Shown here: in pieces, positions 9,037 to 18,120 of the stretch
Layout: each line of letters starts with the position of its first letter
How positions within the stretch are numbered: position 1 is the stretch's first letter
Source: Eubacteriales bacterium
Lineage (GTDB): Bacteria > Bacillota > Clostridia > Lachnospirales > Lachnospiraceae
Length of the DNA stretch: 64,000 nucleotides
Assembly: GCA_030524545.1 (NCBI GenBank)
Contig: JAUNGM010000020.1
Span: 17,884 to 81,883, forward strand
Direction: 5' to 3'
Notes under the pieces: generated by a model
What the model saw: the letters and a program-made list of their open reading frames with translations, nothing else
Told to the model about the DNA's origin: nothing
Database searches by the model: none
Made by a program: the position numbers and the translations under genes

Positions 9037-9283
9037 TAGAACAGCAGTGCACAAATATATAAAGCCAGACCGGAGCAAACTCGCTTGCGGAGGGATGGAT
9101 TTGTATATTTGTATAGGGCGGTACGCCCTCAAGCGAGATGAAGCGAAGCGGAATTGAGCTTGTACACTGCGTAAGTTTTAGACAACTTAGAACAGCAGTG
9201 CACAAATATATAAAAGCAGCCTGGAGCAAGCTTGCTTGCGCACAAATATACAAAGCCAGGCCGGAGCAGATTTGCCTGCGTAA
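9037..9283 (+). repeat. Three copies of a 43-53-nt direct repeat (core GCACAAATATAyAAAGCCAGrCCGGAGCA...GCyTGCG) plus internal hairpins
   Basis: Units at 9037-9089, 9188-9240 and 9241-9283. CTGCGTAAG also occurs twice (9167, 9275). Hairpin AGGGCG-GTA-CGCCCT at 9114-9128. Confidence 0.75.
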
Positions 9284-9328
9284 GCCTGTTTTTCTGTAAA
9301 AATATGAATAATTCAGGAGGGAAATGCA

Positions 9329-12300
9329 GTGTACCAGAAAGTAGACACGAATCTGAATTTCGTTGACCGCGAAAAAAAAGTCGAAGAATTCTGGAAAGAA
9401 AACCACATCTTCGAGAAGAGCATGGATTCACGCAAAGAAGGCGAAACCTATACCTTCTATGACGGACCGCCGACAGCCAACGGAAAACCCCATATCGGCC
9501 ATGTACTGACCCGTGTTATCAAAGATATGATTCCGAGATACCGTACCATGAAAGGCAATATGGTGCCGCGTAAAGCAGGATGGGATACCCACGGCCTTCC
9601 GGTAGAACTGGAAGTAGAAAAGAAGCTGGGCCTTGACGGCAAGGAACAGATTGAAGAATATGGAATGGAACCGTTCATTCAGCAGTGTAAGGAAAGCGTC
9701 TGGAAATATAAGGGAATGTGGGAGGATTTCTCCTCAACCGTAGGTTTCTGGGCAGATATGGAACATCCGTATGTTACCTATGAGGATGACTATATTGAAT
9801 CCGAATGGTGGGCATTAAAGGAAATCTGGAACAAGAAGCTTCTGTACAAGGGCTTCAAGATCGTGCCTTACTGTCCGCGCTGCGGAACTCCGCTTTCCGC
9901 CCAGGAGGTTTCCCAGGGTTACAAAACAGTAAAAGAGCGTTCCGCGATCGTCCGCTTTAAAGTAATCGGCGAGGATGCATATTTTCTTGCATGGACCACA
10001 ACCCCGTGGACACTTCCGTCCAACGTGGCACTTTGTGTAAACCCGGATGAAACCTACTGCAAAGTAAAGGCTGCTGACGGATATACCTATTATATGGCAG
10101 AAGCCCTTCTTGACAAGGTTCTTGGCAAGCTTGCACAGGAAGATGCCCCGGCATATGAAGTTCTGGAAACTTATAAAGGAACCGATCTGGAATATAAAGA
10201 ATATGAGCCGCTGTTTGCATGCACCGGAGAGGCTGCTGCAAAACAGAGAAAGAAAGGCCATTTCGTAACCTGCGACAATTATGTTACCATGAGCGACGGT
10301 ACCGGTATTGTTCATATCGCACCTGCATTCGGTGAAGATGACAGCCGTGTAGGCCGTGAATACAATCTGCCGTTTGTACAGTTCGTAGACGGACAGGGGA
10401 ATATGACTGCAGAAACACCGTACGCAGGCGTATTTGTAAAGAAAGCAGACCCGATGGTTCTGGTTGACCTGGATAAAGAGGGCAAGCTTTTTGACGCACC
10501 GAAATTTGAACATGATTATCCGCACTGCTGGAGATGCGATACTCCGCTGATCTACTATGCACGGGAATCCTGGTTCATTAAGATGACTGCTGTAAAAGAA
10601 GACCTGATCCGCAACAACAACACGATCAACTGGATTCCGGAAAGCATCGGCAAGGGCCGTTTCGGAGACTGGCTGGAGAACGTCCAGGACTGGGGCATCA
10701 GCCGTAACCGTTACTGGGGTACTCCGCTGAACATCTGGGAATGTGAATGCGGATGCATGCATTCCATCGGAAGCCGTCAGGAGCTGTTCGAGATGAGCGG
10801 CAATGAAAAGGCGAAGACCGTAGAGCTTCACCGTCCGTATATTGATGAGATCACCATCAAATGTCCGGAATGCGGCAAGGATATGCACCGTGTACCGGAA
10901 GTTATCGACTGCTGGTTTGACTCCGGGGCTATGCCTTTTGCACAGCATCATTATCCATTTGAAAATAAAGATTTATTTGAAAAGCAGTTCCCTGCAGACT
11001 TCATCTCCGAGGCTGTAGACCAGACAAGAGGATGGTTCTACTCCCTGTTGGCAGAGTCCACTCTGCTCTTTAACAAAGCTCCGTACAAGAACGTCATCGT
11101 TCTGGGACATGTGCAGGATGAAAACGGCCAGAAGATGAGCAAGTCCAAGGGAAATGCCGTAGATCCGTTTGAAGCACTGGAAAAATACGGTGCTGATGCG
11201 ATCCGCTGGTATTTCTACATCAACAGTGCTCCGTGGCTGCCAAATCGCTTCCATGGCAAGGCTGTTGTGGAAGGACAGCGCAAATTTATGAGTACATTGT
11301 GGAATACTTACGCGTTTTTTGTGCTTTATGCCAATATTGACAACTTTGACGCAACAAAATATACTTTAGACTATGACAAACTTCCGGTTATGGACAAATG
11401 GCTTCTCAGCAAGCTGAATTCCGTAGTGAAGGCTGTGGATGACAACCTTGCCAACTACCGCATTCCGGAAAGTGCAAGAGCACTTCAGGAATTTGTAGAT
11501 GAAATGAGCAACTGGTATGTCAGAAGAAGCCGTGAGCGTTTCTGGGCCAAAGGAATGGAGCAGGATAAGATCAATGCGTATATGACACTGTATACCGCAC
11601 TGGTTACCATCGCCAAGGCAGCAGCTCCGATGATCCCGTTCATGACAGAGGATATCTACCAGAATCTTGTAAGAAGCATTGATAAAGCTGCTCCTGAGAG
11701 CATCCATCTCTGCGACTTCCCTGAAGTAAAGGAAGAATGGATCAACAAGGAGCTGGAAGCTGACATGGAAGAACTTTTGAAGATCGTTGTTCTCGGACGT
11801 GCAGCCAGAAATACGGCCAACATTAAGAACCGCCAGCCGATCGGAACCATGTTTGTCAAAGCTGATAAGGAAATGGACAGCTTCTTTACCGATATCATTG
11901 CAGACGAGCTGAATGTAAAAGAAGTGAAATTTGCAAATGATGTGGAATCCTTTATTTCCTACAGCTTTAAGCCGCAGCTTCGGACAGTGGGACCGAAATA
12001 CGGCAAATTGCTGGGCGGCATCCGTCAGGCCCTTACAGACATTGACGGAAGCAAGGCTATGCAGGAACTGAAATCCGCGGGTGTCCTTACCCTGGATATA
12101 AATGGCAATAAAGTGGAGCTGTCTGAGGAAGATCTGCTGATCGAGACCGCACAGACAGAAGGCTATGTAACTGAGACGGAAGGAGAAGTTTCCGTTGTCC
12201 TGGATACGAACCTGACTCCGGAACTGATCGAAGAGGGCTTTGTCCGCGAGATCATCAGCAAAGTGCAGACCATGAGAAAAGAGGCCGGCTTTGAAGTGAT

Positions 12301-12481
12301 GGATAAGATCAGTATTTATGTAAAAGACAACGACAAGATCATGGAAATCATGAAAGCACATCAGGATGAAATCATGAAAGATGTCCTCGCAGAAAACGTT
12401 GTGCTTGGAGAAGCAGACGGCTATGTAAAAGAATGGAACATCAACAAAGAGAAAGTAACTCTTGGTGTAACCAGATTATAG
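9329..12481 (+). CDS. ileS: Isoleucine--tRNA ligase (long, type-2-like form, 1050 aa)
   Basis: HIGH (PHIGH) and KMSKS motifs, Zn-finger CxxC pairs. GTG start 7 nt after the AGGAGGG RBS. Confidence 0.97.
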   Translation: MYQKVDTNLNFVDREKKVEEFWKENHIFEKSMDSRKEGETYTFYDGPPTANGKPHIGHVLTRVIKDMIPRYRTMKGNMVPRKAGWDTHGLPVELEVEKKLGLDGKEQIEEYGMEPFIQQCKESVWKYKGMWEDFSSTVGFWADMEHPYVTYEDDYIESEWWALKEIWNKKLLYKGFKIVPYCPRCGTPLSAQEVSQGYKTVKERSAIVRFKVIGEDAYFLAWTTTPWTLPSNVALCVNPDETYCKVKAADGYTYYMAEALLDKVLGKLAQEDAPAYEVLETYKGTDLEYKEYEPLFACTGEAAAKQRKKGHFVTCDNYVTMSDGTGIVHIAPAFGEDDSRVGREYNLPFVQFVDGQGNMTAETPYAGVFVKKADPMVLVDLDKEGKLFDAPKFEHDYPHCWRCDTPLIYYARESWFIKMTAVKEDLIRNNNTINWIPESIGKGRFGDWLENVQDWGISRNRYWGTPLNIWECECGCMHSIGSRQELFEMSGNEKAKTVELHRPYIDEITIKCPECGKDMHRVPEVIDCWFDSGAMPFAQHHYPFENKDLFEKQFPADFISEAVDQTRGWFYSLLAESTLLFNKAPYKNVIVLGHVQDENGQKMSKSKGNAVDPFEALEKYGADAIRWYFYINSAPWLPNRFHGKAVVEGQRKFMSTLWNTYAFFVLYANIDNFDATKYTLDYDKLPVMDKWLLSKLNSVVKAVDDNLANYRIPESARALQEFVDEMSNWYVRRSRERFWAKGMEQDKINAYMTLYTALVTIAKAAAPMIPFMTEDIYQNLVRSIDKAAPESIHLCDFPEVKEEWINKELEADMEELLKIVVLGRAARNTANIKNRQPIGTMFVKADKEMDSFFTDIIADELNVKEVKFANDVESFISYSFKPQLRTVGPKYGKLLGGIRQALTDIDGSKAMQELKSAGVLTLDINGNKVELSEEDLLIETAQTEGYVTETEGEVSVVLDTNLTPELIEEGFVREIISKVQTMRKEAGFEVMDKISIYVKDNDKIMEIMKAHQDEIMKDVLAENVVLGEADGYVKEWNINKEKVTLGVTRL

Positions 12482-12492
12482 GAGGTTAAGGA

Positions 12493-14949
12493 ATGATTGA
12501 CAAGCAGTTTAAGAAAGAAGCTTTTAAAGAGAGCGTAAAAGAAAATGTAAAATTTCTTTACCGCAAAACTTTAGAAGAAGCAACACAGCAGCAGCTTTTC
12601 CAGGCTGTCAGCTATACAGTAAAGGATGTTATCATTGATAACTGGCTGGAAACACAGAAAGCATACGAAAAACAGGATCCGAAGATTGTTTACTATATGT
12701 CCATGGAGTTCCTGATGGGACGTGCTCTGGGCAACAACCTGATCAATCTGACAGCATATAATGAAGTAAAAGAAGCTCTGGAAGAACTGGGACTGGATCT
12801 GAACGTACTTGAGGATCAGGAACCGGATCCTGCACTGGGCAACGGCGGTCTCGGACGTCTGGCAGCCTGCTTCCTGGATTCCCTGGCTACACTGAACTAC
12901 TGTGCATATGGCTGCGGTATCCGTTACCGTTACGGTATGTTTAAACAGAAAATTCAGGACGGTTTCCAGCTTGAAGTACCGGACAACTGGCTGAAAGAGG
13001 GATATCCGTTCGAACTGCGCCGTCCGGAATACGCAAAAGAGGTTCACTTCGGCGGACATGTAAGAGTAGAATATGACCCGGTTAAGGGAGAGAATAAATT
13101 TATCCACGAGGGATATCAGGCAGTCAAGGCAATTCCGTATGATATGCCGATCGTTGGATATAACAACAAGATCGTTAATACCCTGCGTATCTGGGATGCA
13201 GAGCCGATCGTAGACTTCGGTCTGGATTCCTTTGACAAGGGTGATTACAAAAAGGCCGTTGAGCAGGAAAACCTTGCACGCAACATCGTAGAGGTACTTT
13301 ACCCGAACGATAACCACTATGCAGGTAAAGAGCTGCGTCTGAAACAGCAGTATTTCTTCGTATCTGCCAGCCTTCAGGCAGCCATTGCAAAATATAAGAA
13401 AGCACACAGCGATATCCATAAGCTTCATGAAAAAGTTGTATTCCAGATGAACGATACTCATCCGACCGTTGCAGTTGCAGAGCTGATGCGTATCCTTATG
13501 GATGAAGAAGGACTTGGATGGGATGAGGCATGGGCTATCACAACCAAGAGCGTTGCTTACACCAACCACACCATCATGTCCGAGGCACTGGAAAAATGGC
13601 CGATCGAGCTGTTCTCCAGACTGCTTCCGCGTGTTTACCAGATCATCGAAGAGATCAACCGCCGTTTCATCATTGAAGTACAGGCAAAATATCCTGGAAA
13701 CTATGAGAAGATCAAGAATATGGCAATCATCTATGACGGCCAGGTGAAGATGGCAAACCTTGCAATTGTTGCAGGCTACTCTGTAAACGGTGTTGCACAG
13801 CTTCATACGGAAATCCTGAAGAAAGAAACTCTGAGAGACTTCTATGAGATGATGCCGGAGAAATTCAACAATAAGACAAATGGTATCACCCAGAGACGTT
13901 TCCTTGCTCACGGAAATCAGCTTCTTTCCGACTGGATCACCGACCATATCGGTGCAGAATGGGTAACAGACCTGCCGCAGCTTAAGAAACTGGCTATTTA
14001 TGCAGATGACGAAAAAGCACAGCAGGAATTCATGAATATCAAATACCAGAACAAGGTCCGCCTTGCAAAATACATTCTGGAGCATAACGGCGTAGAAGTA
14101 AATCCGCGTTCCATCTTTGATGTTCAGGTTAAGAGACTTCATGAGTACAAACGTCAGCTTCTGAACATCCTGCATGTAATCTACCTGTATGACCAGATCA
14201 AGCTGCATCCGGAGATGGATTTCTATCCAAGAACCTTTATCTTCGGTGCAAAAGCATCCGCAGGTTATGAGCGTGCGAAGAAGATCATCAAACTGATCAA
14301 CTCCGTAGCAGATGTTGTAAATAACGATGCTACCATCAACGGCAAGCTGAAGGTCGTATTTATCGAAAACTACCGTGTATCCAACGCAGAGATGATCTTT
14401 GCAGCAGCAGATGTTTCCGAGCAGATCTCTACTGCAAGTAAAGAGGCTTCCGGTACAGGTAACATGAAGTTCATGCTGAACGGAGCTCCGACCCTTGGAA
14501 CTATGGACGGTGCAAACGTAGAGATCGTAGAAGAGGTTGGTGCAGAAAATGCATTTATCTTCGGTCTCAGCTCTGATGAGGTTATCAACTACGAAACTCA
14601 CGGCGGATACGATCCAAACGTGATCTACAATACAGACAGCGATATCCGTCAGGTACTGATGGAACTGATCAACGGAACCTTCTCTCATGATACGGAGCTG
14701 TTCCGTGACCTGTATGAGTCCCTTCTGACCAACCATTACAGCGACAGACCGGACCAGTACTTCATTCTTGCTGACTTCCGCTCCTATGCAGAAGCGCAGA
14801 AACGTGTAGAGGAAGCTTACCGCGATGAGAAGAGATGGGCGAAGATGGCCATCCTGAACACTGCATGCAGCGGCAAGTTCTCTTCCGACAGAACCATTCA
14901 GGAATATGTAGATGATATCTGGCATCTGGATAAGGTTTTTGTAAAATAA
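12493..14949 (+). CDS. glgP: Glycogen/maltodextrin phosphorylase (GT35)
   Basis: PLP-lysine motif EASGTGNMKFMLNGA; 818 aa. The GGAGG RBS overlaps the ileS stop codon. Confidence 0.95.
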   Translation: MIDKQFKKEAFKESVKENVKFLYRKTLEEATQQQLFQAVSYTVKDVIIDNWLETQKAYEKQDPKIVYYMSMEFLMGRALGNNLINLTAYNEVKEALEELGLDLNVLEDQEPDPALGNGGLGRLAACFLDSLATLNYCAYGCGIRYRYGMFKQKIQDGFQLEVPDNWLKEGYPFELRRPEYAKEVHFGGHVRVEYDPVKGENKFIHEGYQAVKAIPYDMPIVGYNNKIVNTLRIWDAEPIVDFGLDSFDKGDYKKAVEQENLARNIVEVLYPNDNHYAGKELRLKQQYFFVSASLQAAIAKYKKAHSDIHKLHEKVVFQMNDTHPTVAVAELMRILMDEEGLGWDEAWAITTKSVAYTNHTIMSEALEKWPIELFSRLLPRVYQIIEEINRRFIIEVQAKYPGNYEKIKNMAIIYDGQVKMANLAIVAGYSVNGVAQLHTEILKKETLRDFYEMMPEKFNNKTNGITQRRFLAHGNQLLSDWITDHIGAEWVTDLPQLKKLAIYADDEKAQQEFMNIKYQNKVRLAKYILEHNGVEVNPRSIFDVQVKRLHEYKRQLLNILHVIYLYDQIKLHPEMDFYPRTFIFGAKASAGYERAKKIIKLINSVADVVNNDATINGKLKVVFIENYRVSNAEMIFAAADVSEQISTASKEASGTGNMKFMLNGAPTLGTMDGANVEIVEEVGAENAFIFGLSSDEVINYETHGGYDPNVIYNTDSDIRQVLMELINGTFSHDTELFRDLYESLLTNHYSDRPDQYFILADFRSYAEAQKRVEEAYRDEKRWAKMAILNTACSGKFSSDRTIQEYVDDIWHLDKVFVK

Positions 14950-14975
14950 GCATCCGGATTTAAAAATTTATAACA

Positions 14976-15016
14976 CAGGAGACTAAACTGGTATACAGGG
15001 AGGTCTCCTGTTTTTA
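14976..15016 (+). terminator. Rho-independent terminator after glgP
   Basis: CAGGAGAC ... GTCTCCTG stem followed by TTTTT. Confidence 0.85.
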
Positions 15017-15253
15017 TATAAAAAATTCTTTGGAATTCCCTGTATAGGAATACAGATTGAACTGAATTTTCTATCCCGGAGTTTTGAAATTTCCATGTTC
15101 ATACATTTTTTTATTTTGTATAATTTGTACACATACGATGAAAAGTGCCGGGTCATGCTATAAATATAGAAATTCCGGCTCTTGTAAGCAGGGAAACAGG
15201 ATGTTTTAAGATGGACGCTTGCTGCGTATAACGTAAAACGGAGGATTGAGACT

Positions 15254-18058
15254 ATGAAAATTAATCATTTAAAAGTAAACCATCTGGTGAATCCGATGGG
15301 ATTTGATCTGACTGAGCCGACGATTTCTTATGTAGTGGAAGAAACGAACGGAAAACGCCAGACAAAGGCACAGGTTCTGGCAGCAAAGGATGAAGCATTT
15401 CAGAACATCATTTATGATTCCGGTGAAAAAGAGGACATCGTGAGCACTGCTTTTGTCCTGCCGATTGATATGGAGCCGGAGACAAGGTATTACTGGAAGG
15501 TAAGGGTATGGGCTGACAACGGAGAGAGTGCGGAAAGTGAAGCTGCATGGTTTGAGACAGGCAAAGGAGGCGAGTGGAAGGCAGACTGGATCACCCCGTC
15601 CCTTCCAAAGGATGTACAGGCTGTTCTGATGAAAAACGTTTCTGTTTCAAAGCCCGTAAAAAAAGCCCGGATGTATATGGTAGGGCTTGGCGTTTATGAG
15701 CTTTATCTGAATGGGCAGAAGCAGGGAGAAGAGGTGCTGCTTCCGGGACTTTGTGATTTTGATACCTGGATTCCGTATCAGACCTATGAGATGGAGCTTC
15801 AGAAAGGGGAAAATCTTATTGAAGTTGCTCTGGGAGACGGCTGGTACAAAGGCTGGTACGGCCTCAGACAGACTTCCGAAAATTACGGAGACCGTCTGGC
15901 TGCTATTGCAGAGCTTCATATTACTTATGAAGACGGCACAACAGAGACTATCTGTACGGATACTTCCTGGAAGGCACGTAGGAGCCGGGTCGTATACAGC
16001 GGTATCTATCCGGGTGAAGTGTACGATACCACGCTGGATACCAGCAAAGTATTTACTGTGGAAGCCATAGATCTGGATAAAAAGAAGCTGAGTCCGAGAC
16101 TGAGTCCTGCAATTACCATTCATGAGAGAATAAAACCGATTGAAGTGATTCATACTCCTGCAGGCGAAACGGTTCTGGATATGGGACAGAACATGGTGGG
16201 CTGGCTGAGCTTCCGCTGCAAAGCACCGGAAGGAACAAAGTTATTTTTCCAGTTCGGCGAGATTTTGCAGGATGATAATTTCTATAATGAAAATCTCCGT
16301 ACAGCCAAGGCGGAGTTTACTTATATATCCGACGGAACGGAACGCTGGGTAAGGCAGCACTTTACATTCTACGGATTCCGTTTTGTAAAAGTGGTCGGCT
16401 GGGAAGGCGAGCCGGATCCGGAGGATTTCAGAGGTCTCGTCATTCATTCGGAGATGGAGGAGCTGGGTCATATTGAGACTTCCGATCCGTTGGTAAATCA
16501 GTTGATCCATAATGCAAAATGGGGACAAAAGGGGAATTTCCTGGATGTTCCGACTGACTGTCCGCAGAGGGATGAGCGCTATGGCTGGACCGGTGATGCA
16601 CAGATTTTCAGCGGAACTGCCTGCTTTAATATGGATACTTATGCATTCTATACAAAATTCGGCAAGGATGTTTATGCAGAACAGTTAAAGCTGAACGGCA
16701 GTGTGCCGGACGTTGTTCCTGTAGCAAATTATCCCGGAGATGCTTCGACTGCATGGGGAGATGCTGCCACCATCATTCCGTGGAATGTATATCTGCATTA
16801 TGGTGACAAAGGAATCCTCAGCCGCCAGTACGCCAGTATGAAGGCCTGGGTTGATTATATGAGACGCGAGGATGAAAAGTACGGCAATAAATATCTGTGG
16901 CAGAGCGGCTTCCACTATGCAGACTGGCTGGCTTTGGACGGAAATGTAGAAGGCGGCGTCTATGGTGCAACGGATCCGTTCCTGATCAGCTCCGGATATT
17001 ACTATTACTCCACAAATATTGTGGCCAAGACGGCAAAGATCCTTGGAAAAGAGGAGGATGCGGCTTACTATAAAGAGCTTGCGGAGAAGATTTATGATGC
17101 ATTTATAAAGGAATATTTCACGCCGAACGGACGTCTGTGCGTGAATACCATGACTGCGCATGTAGTGGTTCTTTATATGGGACTGACTCCTGACTTTGCC
17201 TATGAGAAGACCTGTGCCGGACTTCTGGAGATCCTGAAGAAGAATAAGTATCATCTGAATACCGGATTTGTAGGTACACCGTATCTGTGCCCGGTTCTTT
17301 CCGAAAACGGAATGAACGACATAGCTTACCGTCTGCTGATGGAAAAGGGCTTTCCGGGATGGCTGTATGAGGTTCTGATGGGAGCAACTACCGTCTGGGA
17401 GCGCTGGAACTCTGTGATGCCGGACGGCAAGATCAGCGGAACGGGAATGAATTCCCTGAACCATTATTCCTATGGTTCTATTGTGGAATGGATGTACCGC
17501 TACATGCTGGGAATCCAGCCATGCGAAGAAGCAGCAGGCTTTAAGAAATTCAGAATTGCCCCTGTGCCGAACTATCAGATTCAGTGGGCAAAGGCTTCCC
17601 TGCGCTCTGCAGCAGGCAGAATCTTTAGTGCCTGGGCGATTGAAGGGAAAAATCTGAAGCTGGAAGTGACGGTACCTTTTGATGCACAGGCAGTGATCGT
17701 CCTTCCTGATGCGGAAATACAGGCAATTGCTGCTCAGACAAAAGGAAAAGACGGCATTCTGTCTGTGGTACAGGCAGGTAAGAATGTAGAGGTCACTGCG
17801 GCTGCAGGTACATATATATTCTGTTATGAGCCAACAGTTCCGTGCCGCAGGATTTATTCCATTGATTCTCCGATGGAAGAGCTGATGGCTTATGAAGGTA
17901 CGAAGAAGGTGCTGGATGCTGAATACTTTACGTTTGTGAAAAATCTTCCGTTCTATGATGAACTGTATACGCTGCAGGAACTGATGAACGGGCCGTTTAC
18001 CAATGTGCCTTATGAACAGCAGGAAAAGATTGACAGGCTGCTTCGGGCGGTTGAATAG
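15254..18058 (+). CDS. Alpha-L-rhamnosidase (GH78)
   Basis: DCPQRDERYGWTGDAQ motif, 934-aa multi-domain architecture typical of GH78. Confidence 0.9.
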   Translation: MKINHLKVNHLVNPMGFDLTEPTISYVVEETNGKRQTKAQVLAAKDEAFQNIIYDSGEKEDIVSTAFVLPIDMEPETRYYWKVRVWADNGESAESEAAWFETGKGGEWKADWITPSLPKDVQAVLMKNVSVSKPVKKARMYMVGLGVYELYLNGQKQGEEVLLPGLCDFDTWIPYQTYEMELQKGENLIEVALGDGWYKGWYGLRQTSENYGDRLAAIAELHITYEDGTTETICTDTSWKARRSRVVYSGIYPGEVYDTTLDTSKVFTVEAIDLDKKKLSPRLSPAITIHERIKPIEVIHTPAGETVLDMGQNMVGWLSFRCKAPEGTKLFFQFGEILQDDNFYNENLRTAKAEFTYISDGTERWVRQHFTFYGFRFVKVVGWEGEPDPEDFRGLVIHSEMEELGHIETSDPLVNQLIHNAKWGQKGNFLDVPTDCPQRDERYGWTGDAQIFSGTACFNMDTYAFYTKFGKDVYAEQLKLNGSVPDVVPVANYPGDASTAWGDAATIIPWNVYLHYGDKGILSRQYASMKAWVDYMRREDEKYGNKYLWQSGFHYADWLALDGNVEGGVYGATDPFLISSGYYYYSTNIVAKTAKILGKEEDAAYYKELAEKIYDAFIKEYFTPNGRLCVNTMTAHVVVLYMGLTPDFAYEKTCAGLLEILKKNKYHLNTGFVGTPYLCPVLSENGMNDIAYRLLMEKGFPGWLYEVLMGATTVWERWNSVMPDGKISGTGMNSLNHYSYGSIVEWMYRYMLGIQPCEEAAGFKKFRIAPVPNYQIQWAKASLRSAAGRIFSAWAIEGKNLKLEVTVPFDAQAVIVLPDAEIQAIAAQTKGKDGILSVVQAGKNVEVTAAAGTYIFCYEPTVPCRRIYSIDSPMEELMAYEGTKKVLDAEYFTFVKNLPFYDELYTLQELMNGPFTNVPYEQQEKIDRLLRAVE

Positions 18059-18120
18059 TAAATAAAAAAGACTGCAAAAGAACACGATTGCTTTTGCGGT
18101 TGTAATGAGGGATGGTGGCA

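Noticed and set aside
9037-9283. Possible CRISPR array, because of repeated units of about 45-50 nt.
   Set aside because: - There are only three copies.
- Spacing is irregular: one gap of about 100 nt and one of 0 nt.
- The repeats are imperfect, and no cas genes are present.
- The location inside a T-box leader fits a repeat-element insertion better.
8583-9406. ORFs 8583-8927 (+), 8951-9157 (+), 8924-9406 (-) and 9129-9431 (-) in the ileS upstream region.
   Set aside because: They overlap the T-box leader and the repeat spacer. They have no RBS and their translations are low-complexity.
12571-14925. A 784-aa ORF antisense to glgP. Similar long antisense ORFs lie opposite ileS (9815-10951, 11366-12361), GH78 (16685-18121), glgB (55889-56908), mfd (61689-63005), the NodB-like gene (45014-46096) and nagA/TF (48949-49941).
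   Set aside because: - Its codons are the exact complement of the sense codons, so it merely reflects the absence of TTA, CTA and TCA codons in a strongly codon-biased gene.
- The translations are Cys/His/Phe-rich nonsense with no motifs and no RBS.
- The sense-strand products are unambiguous.
18073-18100. A hairpin (GCAAAAG/CTTTTGC) after the rhamnosidase gene, considered as a terminator.
   Set aside because: The stem is short (7 bp) and has no U-tract. The response-regulator gene starts 20 nt later, so read-through is likely.
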